DNA of 64,000 bases from Perkinsus olseni. Taxonomy: Eukaryota. Numbering within the stretch: the stretch's first letter is position 1; each line of letters begins with the position of its first letter. The stretch covers positions 1 to 64,000 of the forward strand of contig JABANN010000015.1 in NCBI GenBank assembly GCA_013115125.1. Direction: 5' to 3'. This document shows, in pieces, positions 12,885 through 22,985 of this stretch. The notes beneath the pieces are model-generated. The model ran no database searches and was not told where the DNA came from. It saw only the letters and a list, made by a program, of their open reading frames with translations. Made by a program: the position numbers and the translations under genes.

Positions 12885-14134
12885 GACGCTTGCCAGCAGC
12901 AACAACGAGCTGGGAATATAATCGAAGAGATGACGAGCAAGTTAGAAGAGAATGAGTAGGGTTATATTCCTTCCTGGAAGTATTACAGGGTGCATCAATG
13001 ATGCACCTCAGAGGCTTGTCTAGAGAACTGGATGATACCCGTACTCGGGCCACGAAGTTGAACGAAGAAGTGAAGGTCGGTGTGAGCGAGACATTGTCTT
13101 CTCCATTGCATGCGGCCAATCTGGACAGGCGCTTAGTTCCGATCTTGTTCTGAGAAACGGGGAACTCGCGGAGTTGAGGGCGACGGAAGCTGCATCAGCG
13201 GCTAAACTAGCTGTAGGTTGCACTGTGAAAGACTTCAGTGAATGCGCTGACTGGGGTTTCCAGGCTGCACGAGAGCATATCTCGGCCATGGTGGGGATGA
13301 TGGACCGGATAATGAAGATGCCTGATGGGGAAAAGATGGGGGAGGAGCTCGCCGATGCTCTCGGAAAAGGTAAGCCTCGCCCTACATCGTGCCTCGCTTC
13401 AGCATTCCGGGAGTTTCCGTGAGGACACCGGGGCCTGGAAGGTTGCTAGTGAGGCTGGAAGGTGGAGGGGTTTGCTTCAGGTGGGGCCTTTTATCCTGTC
13501 CTCTCCCGATACGACAGGCGAGTGGCGAGGCGAGTCTCTGACATTCTGCAGGAGGCGGAGGTAGAGTGCATCGGCTCGTGAAGTCAGTCGAATGCATGGT
13601 TGCTCATCCGAGAGGCGTTAGTAGCTGGTCGTCATCATAGCGATGTCTGGGTTGGTTGCTAGGATGAGAAGACGCGAGCGATGGCCCGGGTACGGGAGCA
13701 GATGGATGACTTAGCGATACGAAGGGATGAACTAGAGCAGGAAAGGTCATTCCTGTGTGAAGAGAGGCAACAGCTGCAGGAAGACCTCGAAGCTTTGGCT
13801 CACGAGTGAGCGAGGAGTGAGCGAAGCGACTCCCATAGAAGACATTCCGCTCTCAGTCTCCAGAATATTTGTCAAGAGCGCCAGTTGGCGGAGGGCGATT
13901 ACGGTCATGCAACGGGCCCATTGGGGGAAGATAGGTGAGTTCCCCTCGGCGACATGGACACTGAAAAGCTTGAATCAGGAACGCGTTCGATTTGCTTGAG
14001 CAGGCGCGAGCTTCTGTCGCGAAACTGGAAGGCGAGAGGAAGGTCCGTAACGCGAAGTTGCAGAATTTTTGCATCATCGTCGTCCTCAGTCACTCGTTGC
14101 CTCCTCTCAACGTACCGAGGCGGAGCTAGCCGAC

Positions 14135-14397
14135 TAGAGCTGGGCAGCCGTACTGGGGTCGAGGAAAGTACGGTACGGAGTACGTTCCAAACTGTCAACT
14201 TAGTACGGGTACGGACAATTAGTACGTATTAGCTATATCAAATAACGCATACGTGTATTAAATTACGCCGTACTTCAAGTACGGCGTACTAGTACGGTAC
14301 CTGGGAGCCCCTGGGACGGGTAGTACGGGTACGGAGCCGTACTCGTACCCGTACCGTACTTCGTACTAGACCGTACCCGTACTGTCGCCCACCTCTA
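14135..14397. mobile_element. Non-autonomous hAT-type MITE, 263 bp
   Basis: 8-bp TSD TAGCCGAC at 14127-14134 and 14398-14405; TIRs TAGAGCTGGGC / GCCCACCTCTA (10 of 11 match); many GTACGG/CCGTAC subterminal motifs. Confidence 0.9.
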
Positions 14398-16646
14398 TAG
14401 CCGACCTTCAGCTGTTGAAGGACCGTTCAAAGGCCGAGCTGGCGGTAGGAAATGCATGTCCCTCTACAACGGAGGGCGGCCAGGGACCGACTGTGCGAAG
14501 TCTTCAGGCTGCTCGAGAGAATATGACAGTCATGATGAGGACGATGGAGCGGATAATTGAGTTACGTGAGAATGAGAACCTGAGGAATGAGCTGAGAGAG
14601 GCCCTTGGAGATAGTGAGAGCGCAAGGGAAGTGTGACACTGGATGTGTGACCGACGATTGAAATGACTTTGAAGTAGTGGAGGTTTGACATCTCCCGTGG
14701 TCTGTTGATTGCTAGATTGTTCGTCGGGGTGCCGGGCGGCGGTGGCTCCTGTAGGTCGCAGCTTCCATCCAGCCCTTGCTCGCTATGCTGAAGAGATTAC
14801 CGAGAGGATCAGCACGATAAGACGAGAGGCTGAGGTTGGTGCTCATCGGTCTTGGCCTCTCCCAGACTGTTAACAATGCAGCCGCCGGCCAGTCGATTCT
14901 GAGCGTCTATTGCCCTCAGTATCCTTAGTCGTTTTCTAAGTGTCGTACTTCTGGGTATTTCTAAGTCTGTCAGGCTGGGGTGAAACCAGTCGCTGCCCAC
15001 TCAAACTATGAGCGCGAAAGCCAGTATGGAGCGATCGAGCTCGAGTTGGAGCATCAGACGTGAGACTTGACTATGATGGGGAGAAGGGGATTTCCTGTCG
15101 TTGACGTTGGCGTTCGCAGTTCTGTAGAGCTCAGTCTCAGCTCGGCTGTGTGGAGCCGATTCCCTTTTGTCGCGAATGAGAGGTTGATGGCAGGTCGATA
15201 GGGTCGGCCTCAGTGACGGCGGCAACCCAGCGCTCCGTTGAGGTTCAGGCGGCACTCGGAAGGTGAGACCTTTTGTATGTGTTAGCACTGCCCGATGTCA
15301 TCAGAACAGGGAAACCGTGCCGCAAGATCGATGCCTTGATGAAAAGGTAGAGGAGGAGCGGTCAGGCTTCGACGGGGAAGTGAGTCGTATTTGCTGTGCC
15401 CTATATACTCAATGAGCCGACTTGTTCTCAGATGAGCACTGCATTGGAGCATACTAAAGATGCCTTTCGTGTGGAGATCGGCCGCTTGGAGAGCGAAGTT
15501 GTGGAGCTCAAGCGCTTGTTCGAGCAAGAGCTACGCCGGGTTAAAGAAGAAGCTGAGTGAGATACCCTTTCGTCACGTTCGGGCGGGCCGGCCCATTGAT
15601 TGTGATTGTATTTCACGGCAGAGTACCTCATATGCTTCTCGTGTCGTTGTATAAAACAACTTGTTTAAATCAGACTTCGACTGGAGAACTTCAAGCAGCA
15701 CATTGAGGAACAGCGTGTGGAGGAGCGAAGACGAGCAGCACTCAAACTCGAGGACGTAGCTCGAGAAAAGGAACAACTGGAGATGGACAAGGTGACTCGC
15801 GTGTAGAGCTTTCAACGAGCTGCGATTCATCGGTTATGGCAGCGTCTGCCCTGAGCGAACTTCACAAGGCATTGGCAGCTCGGATGTCTTACTTCAGTTT
15901 CGGCTGCAGAACAGCTTGGACGTGGCTCAGCGGAAGCTCTCTGAGCTGAGTCCGAAGAACAGCTCACTCGTCAATGGGGATCCTGTCGTTAACGAGATAG
16001 ATCCGTTGATCTTCGCAGGTCGAAATACTTATCGGATTGGAAGGATAGGTAGGCTAGTATCCTGTTCGAACATCGACGACATTCTGGTCAGGTAAACTGC
16101 GCTCTCCGATCGCGAGCTCTGGACGACGGATCCCGGCGGGGAAAGGGTCAGAAGCGCCCCTGGCCATCGGCTCCCCGAGTCCTAGTTTGCCGGACGAAAG
16201 TTGCGCGTTATCTACGATCTGTTCCACGACTCCATCACCGGCAAAAGATCGGAGGCGACCATCCCGCCGCCTGCAACCATCATCGAGCTGCTTGGCGAGT
16301 ACGACGGTAGACCCCAAGCACCGATGCAAAGCATTAGTTGCAGAATGGGCGCAGCTCAACTTTGAGGATGGCTAGGAGCCTGCCAGGCTGTGAACGTGTA
16401 CCGAGTATACTAATAAATCAGCTGCAAGCCATTCGCCCTGATGACCAGGCTAGCGAAAGCCCCGGCTTTCGGTCTCACTCGGCGTGCTTGTATCTGTGTA
16501 CATTATTTTCAAATCTGTGTAGGGTCTACTCCTTCTGATAAGTCTCGAACCTTCGAGCTACTAGAGCACCCTAACACTCCCGAAAAACGCGCAATGCATG
16601 CGTGTTACGTCATCAAATTTCATCCGTGCTTCTGCTTCTTTGTTCA

Positions 16647-17309
16647 TTATCGAGGTGTCCTTGTCGTGTTGCAAGTCTTCATCTCTCTGGTATCAAGTCG
16701 GATCAGACGACGCGCTTTGAAAAACCTCGACCCTGATTTAAACCACCGCCGCCAAAAGCCTTCATGCCAAGTAAGGTCAAGAAAGATGACGATGGGTGCT
16801 GAAGGGTGCTTACAGGTTTTTGTTGGAAAGGAACTTTCACCTCTCTGGAGTTTGAGAGAGGTGGTTCGATGCAGTGACTCTGTCATCCTGATTATATTCA
16901 TCACCATTGGAGCACCATCGTTAACTCGAACACCACATGATAGGATATCATTGCCATTGCCGATTCGCGACATCAAGATCATCCCAATAGGAGCATGCTG
17001 AGGATAGTTCTTGTGAAGAGCTATCTGATTGTTGGGGTAGTCGTTGCGGAAAGTGTATGCTAGGAAGAATGCGTAGCTGAACGGCCAGCCCAGTACTGTA
17101 GCTGAAATAAGACCCTGTTACCAGGAATAATACGTCCCCGCCTGCAGTACGCTTGCAGTAATGCTTCGGGGCGTTATCAACCACGATAGAATCTCCAGTG
17201 GAGATTCTTCACTATTGCCCAATCTGAGTCTCGGCAGTGGCACAAAGCCCATAGTTTCATCCTCGACATACGAGAATCCGTGATTAGTAACCCTCTCAAA
17301 CCCGCTCAA
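16647..17309 (-). pseudogene. Uncharacterised intronless reading frame broken by one in-frame stop
   Basis: ORFs 17118-17309 and 16647-16982 share a frame and are separated only by TAA at 17118-17120; no recognisable motif. Confidence 0.3.
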
Positions 17310-17484
17310 CTTCCCACGATCCTCTCTGGTGTCTGTTTTTATCTTCCTTACAATGCCTTCGAGTGGACCTGGTAAGCCAGGACCTGGCTGCCAGGTATAT
17401 AACGCAAACTCCAGTATCTACAGCGGATATGCAGTATCTACAGTATGTACAACCCGTTTGGATTGGAAAATTCAAAGCACAATA

Positions 17485-17557
17485 TACCAGGAGCGGGGAT
17501 CGAACCCGCGACCTTCTGCGTGTAAGGCAGACGTCATAACCACTAGACTATCCCGGC
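17485..17557 (-). tRNA. tRNA-Val (TAC)
   Basis: GCCGGGATAGTCTAGTGGTTATGACGTCTGCCT-TAC-ACGCAGAAGGTCGCGGGTTCGATCCCCGCTCCTGGTA folds as a full cloverleaf. Confidence 0.95.
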
Positions 17558-17997
17558 GTGGATATCTTGGGCGCCTCGGCGGCGCGCACGTGTAAGAATG
17601 ATCTTTGGCTTACGTCTAGGCAGAGACAACCTTTCCTCAAATGTACGAGCTCACTTCAAACGAGATGGGCCTCAAAAGACGGCGACGCGTCTGCCGCCCT
17701 CGGCGTGCAGTCGGCCATATTGACTCGGCTTGTGCTTGCGCCGTACGATCCCGGAAATGACTCGGGAAAGTGCCGCGCGGAAAGGAATTCCTGTGTGTTT
17801 CTAAACCCACAATTGACACTTGATTTCGCAATAGAGCCGTGTATACTCCGCTACCGATAAATCAGCGCATCGCACCGCCGTTGTGGGGATACTCCGCGTA
17901 AGCAGGTCTTCGGGTTTGGGTGCGTTGTCTCGCTGGTCTGGAGCTCAAAGGTCGCGGTAGTGGACGACGTTCCAGTGGTTCCTTTTCCCATCCACAC

Positions 17998-19740
17998 ATG
18001 GCGTCTCGGCCGGAGCATATAGCCCCGCCAGAGTTCTTCTATGATGAGGATATGGCCGAGAAGTAATGGGGGAGTTTGGCATTATACTGGCTGATAGCAC
18101 TGCGAAGATCAGTATTGGCAAACGAATTTCCGTACTCATGTAGTCCTCTATTGTTAACTCGGAATATTCAGATACGCGGCGAACAGCCGCATGATTGACA
18201 TCCAGAGCAAGATGACCGAGCGAGCCATCGAGTTGATGATGCTCAGTGATGACGAACCAAGCCTGGTATTGATAGCGCACTTTGACACTTGGCTCTCATT
18301 CGCATCAACAGGTCCTGGATGTTGGAGTAGGCTCAGGGATTTCAGGAGGCGTCCTTGGTGATCATGGGCATTTCTTCGTTGGTCTGGATATATCATCAGC
18401 TATGCTAAACGTGGCTTTAGAGCGAGAGGTAGGATCGAGTCTCTCTATGAGGTGGTGGTCGCCACAGGGTTGTGCATCATCTCACAAGAGTTGCCGTACA
18501 TCCCGCATATAGAATGCTGATTCAATCAGCCTGATGAAAAGCGAGTCTCGCTGTGGTGATATCAATGCCGTGGTTGTCAGGTCGATGAGAGCGGAGACTT
18601 TCTCCTAGGGGATATGGGACAGGTAATTTTCTGTACTTCCGATTCGGCTGACCCTAGTCACCTCATACCTAGAGAATCCACGTGAGAATCCCCTATGTCA
18701 GGGCTTTGGGTTCCGTCCTGGCACCTTCGATGGATGCATATCGATCTCAGCTTTGCAGTGGCTCTGTAACTCGGACGTTAAAGGTGATGAACGGCCGTCC
18801 CTATGCCCCTCGGTCATATGGTATCTTCAGGTCATGAGCCGTACCGACGGCTGAGGAAGTTCTTCCAGGACTTATTCAATTGCTTGAAGAAGGGCGGTAG
18901 GGCCGTACTGCAGTTCTACCCAGAGAGTGGAGAGCAGGTAGTGACTGGGTTTGCTGCACAGTCTATTTGCTCGAGGAAAAGTTCATTCTCCAGTGGGGCC
19001 GAGTGTAGAAGCACTTATCATGATTGCCTCATCAGGTTGAGATGATCACAAGTGCTGCCATGCGTTCGGGTTTCGGCGGCGGGTTGGTTGTCGACTTTCC
19101 CCATTCGTCCAAGGCGAAGAAGCACTTCCTTGTCTTATACGCGGGTAGTAAACATTGTTGCCTCTTGGCCACCTCTTCGAGCTTCTATCGTAGCTCATTG
19201 GGCTGATCGTAATTCGAGGTCGTGGAGGCTATTGTCGCCACATGAGGATTGTTTCGGAGCTTGTGATAGGTTTTGGGGATTGGGTTGCTGGATGGTGTGA
19301 ACTTAGGCGCCCATTCGGTTTTCTAATCTTCTGATAACTTGGATTTTCACGCGGCCAACTTTGTGACGTTGTTATGCAGGATTCAATGGGGCGGTGCCGC
19401 AAGGTTTGACCGGCACAGCTGGCGGTGATGCACTCGCTGAGGGTGGCTCGGCTGTGCGGAACGCGGGAAGAATGAACGCGAAGAGAGGTCTGAGAAGAAG
19501 AGATCAGATACACGAAGGACGGGTAGTTTTGCCGTAGAGGGGCTGCTGTTGTCACTGAGTGGCTTTTGCGCTTTCAGGCAGCCGTCAAGTCTCGCAGTTG
19601 GATTCAGGAGAAGAAAGATCGTTATCGCTCCCAAGGCCGCGACGTCAAGCATGATTCGAAGTAAGACGTCAGAAGTCTCTGGTGGCTTGGCTCAATTTCG
19701 ACTCAGGTACACTGGACGGAAGAGGAAGCCTCGGTTCTGA
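17998..19740 (+). CDS. BUD23: 18S rRNA (guanine-N7)-methyltransferase BUD23/WBSCR22, multi-exon
   Basis: [89 protein letters not shown]-terminal [10 protein letters not shown]. Confidence 0.95.
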
Positions 19741-19946
19741 GGTGGCCTGGGCCGGTAGGAGCCACTTTGGTGTATTGTACGTTACCTACCACAATAACCT
19801 CCTTACGTTGATAAGCTCGTCTAGTTTCTACGGATCCGTACCGCCGGTCTTGTTCTGAATCGCGCCGAGATCATCTCAGTAGGGGTTGTGGGGGTATGGC
19901 TCGCCTAGTGGACTCCTGTTAGCCGCTTGTCCCTCTTTTTAGTTTT

Positions 19947-21386
19947 ATGCCATCCCAGGCCGGCTCGTGTTCCACCCGCTGCAGCCCTAGGCTGCTCAGC
20001 CTTGCTGCGAGGGAAGTCGTGTCTGGCGCTAAGAAGGCTGCCGCGCCTCGGAAAGGTGGAACGAGGATGGCCTGCAAGAAGGCCCCAAAACGTAAACTTA
20101 GCGAGACGGAGGTGGCGCTCCCTCGTAAAGCGAGGAAGGCGCGTAAGAGCCCTCCGCCTGCTCCGAGCAAGGAAGTCCTGACGGACAAGCCTGAAGGCCC
20201 GGTTACGCGGAGGTCCAATCGTTCCACCGCTTGCGAGCCTATCAGAGATCGTCTTGTTGAGGTAATTGGGGCCGTTTATCTCGGTTGATCGAGTCGTCGA
20301 GTCAGAAGTCGTGTTGTTGTTACTGAAAATCGCCGCACGTCCGGGATTGTTGGTATCGGACCTCGTGGCGCAATGGAAGCGCGTCGGTTTCCGGAGCCGA
20401 AGGTTGCGGGTTCAAGTCCCGCCGGGGTTATTTTTGTCGTGTGTCGGTATCCCGCTTTCTACGAGTAGGATTCTTTCACTGTTCAGTGTTCACCCTGGAA
20501 CTTCCCTTATTTGTCATGGTTTGCCGTTATCTGACTTCCAGATATGCCAAACTATCGGCGTAATGCGACTGAGTAGTTGCGAAGTGCCGACGAGACGAAG
20601 TCGAAGGCTGACCAAGGCTGCAGTCGCCAAACGAGGAGATGCTGGCGCTAGGCAGCTCCACTTGGTGAGTTTGTGAGGCAAATCTTCATATCTGTAGCCT
20701 GTTCGCTGAGGCAGGTTCATGAGGTTGTCTCGGACTACAGGAAATGCCTCGGCTACGGTTTGTTCATGAAGGACTTCCCTTCCTGCGAGCTGAAGATACT
20801 CTTCGAACGAAGCTTCTTCTCGGGCTGCAGTATGCATTGTGCCAGCTTATGCGTAAGAAAGCACTATTTTTCTCGGTGGTGATTGCTCCTTGACTCTTCA
20901 GATATTCGAGGAGGAGGCGAGCAAGGCTCGCCCCGTCGTGCTTGGTTCCTGCCTCTACCGATATGACTCGGTCGCCCGAGATGCAATGATCTTGCTTTTT
21001 GCCACGGCGGACGAACTCAAGTTCAAGCGAAGTAAGGCAAGGCCACCATAACCACTCGCCACAGACACGCCTTCAGGTCGAACTACTTTCTCGTGCAGAG
21101 GGCAGGGCTTCGGCCGACTTCTCGATGATGCACTATGCGCATGGTTGAGGGAGCATCGGGAATGCCGATCGGTGTATGTCGAGATGCAAGATGAGACGGT
21201 CACCAAGTTTTGGGCCAAGCTCGGGTACTGTGGGGGAACGGCGGGCTGGGGTGGCAGTACATTCGGTATCATTCGGTATCAAATTAACTTTTCAGGTATG
21301 ATAAATTGAGTAGCCGTATCGATCTGAGTCAGACGACCAGGGGTTTCGAGGGCACCGAGTTAGCCCGCAAGAAGCTCGGATCTTGA
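19947..21386 (+). CDS. GNAT-family acetyltransferase with Lys/Arg-rich N-terminus, multi-exon
   Basis: Spliced reading gives ...ILLFATAD...RGQGFGRLLDDALCAW...FWAKLGY...FEGTELARKKLGS*; motif A (R/QxxGxG) and the FWxKLGY motif are present. Confidence 0.75.
20359..20430 (+). tRNA. tRNA-Arg (CCG), inside intron 1 of the GNAT gene
   Basis: GACCTCGTGGCGCAATGGAAGCGCGTCGGTTT-CCG-GAGCCGAAGGTTGCGGGTTCAAGTCCCGCCGGGGTTA followed by TTTTT terminator. Confidence 0.95.
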
Positions 21387-21541
21387 ATTCTCACGTCAAC
21401 TAGGCTCTTCGCAGCGTCCTAGATGACTACGCAATTTTGTCTTGCGGAGATCCTCTGTAGATAGGGCAACCGAGTTTTAATTCGTTCATGATGTGCTCTG
21501 TTGCCACGTGCGGATCAGTTTGTTGTTCCTGCTACCCATAA

Positions 21542-21653
21542 TACCCGGCCCGAGGATCGAACTCGGGACCTCTATAATGACTAATATCTGGTACCGGTAG
21601 CGTATCAGGTTGCTTATTCCACGTCTGCTGACCGCCTTAGACGACTAGAGCCA
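21542..21653 (-). other. tRNA-like element (pseudo-tRNA or Pol III-type unit)
   Basis: Perfect T-arm and B box (CCGAG-TTCGATC-CTCGG) plus 3' acceptor strand GCCGGGTA, and an A-box-like TGGCTCTAGTCG upstream; no pairing 5' acceptor strand or anticodon stem found. Confidence 0.5.
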
Positions 21654-21815
21654 ATTTGTAGACTATTGTTAGACTTAGTTACACTTAGTATATTTCAACC
21701 TAAGATACTCACTTCGCCGCCGCCGACTCCCGCTGGTGATGATGACGATTATCTCGCATCCTGTTGCGTTGGTGTGGGTGAGGCCTCGTCGCAGCTCGTT
21801 ATGTGATTGACCCTC

Positions 21816-22765
21816 ATGGCGAGCGGCGGAAGATTTTTCGGCAAGGAAGTTTTCAACCCGAAGTTTATATGCATGCAGATACTGGCCATGCAGGTAGGAG
21901 GGAAGGGAGGATCCGTGTTGCCGTTGGTGGAACCCCATCTCTTCAGGCCTGCTACTACCTCCTGTTGGTCGCGGGAGTATGCACCCTCAACCAACTCTGT
22001 GGTTTGCCCGTGGCTGTGGTAGTGCGTTGCAGCTGTGTGTCAATGGCGAGGGCCTTCTTGGTCAGAGTCGACTCTTTCGAGATGACAACGTCGGGTTCGG
22101 GGATACTGAGAGCACGATCATGACCACTGTTTTAGTTTTCATGGGTCCTCTGATGTAAGGTGGGTGGCGATGAGGAGGAATCTTAGCTCGAACAGTGCAC
22201 TTCACGGAGGGGTTGGTGGTATCTTGGTAGGCCGAACACCGGCCATGCTTGGTGTCCTCAGGTCGATCGTTCTTACCTATATAGTGGAGCGTGCGAAGAA
22301 GTGCTTGGATTTCGTTGTAACGTATCATGTATGGCACTTGACATCGACGTGGATCCAGATGGGCCGAATACCCTCCTATTGTAATACTTGGGACCTCATA
22401 CCACACCATGCTCGAATCATGGGATATCCGATGATCGTCTCAGTTTCATGGTGGCTCTGGCACGTCGCCGCTGCAACAATAACGGTGCTGCTTGGCGAGT
22501 AAGGCCCCTGACGATCGCACTGGCTGTTGCTGTTTCTGCTGTTCTTATCGAAAGCCCTTCACCAGCCTCCTTGTGTCCATCCTTCCCGTATCCCGTCAGA
22601 TATCTTTGCATGCAGCTGGAAACTCGCGAGATCTCACTGGGTGGAGGGAACGCTGTTCTGGAGCGCGAAGAGGCAGCAGCCCGACAGTTCGGCCAGCCGA
22701 AGCATTCTGCGGACGGACCGCCGGCCGGAGGCACGGAGCCGCCAGTTGAGATGGATTGTGTCTAG
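21816..22765 (+). CDS. SYS1: Golgi membrane protein SYS1 homolog, multi-exon
   Basis: FNPKFICMQILAMQ; IVERAKKCLDFVVTYHVWHL; SWWLWHVAAATITVLLGE/YLCMQLETREI. Confidence 0.9.
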
Positions 22766-22985
22766 CCATTGTGTAACACTGTTTGGATGTGTACTACTTG
22801 TGTAAGATTATCATCAACTGTTGCTCGTCGTTGAGCGATCAATTAAGTTCTCGTCTGATAGCGGTACGTGCTAGTCAGTATCCCCCGACGGCTAGAGGCC
22901 CCTCTGATGAACTGAACAGCGTCGTTGATCCTGCCTGACCGTCTCACGGGTTGGGTCGTGGTGCGGTGTACTGTCTCGTGACCTG

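Larger units (their letters stand above)
11289..16375 (+). pseudogene. Paralog of the 5657-10790 coiled-coil gene, probably inactivated
   Basis: Near-identical blocks 11560-11707 vs 6480-6628 and 13264-13369 vs 8636-8741, plus exon-by-exon similarity elsewhere. One exon carries a +44 nt footprint (12833-12884) and another a MITE (14135-14397). Boundaries approximate. Confidence 0.6.
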
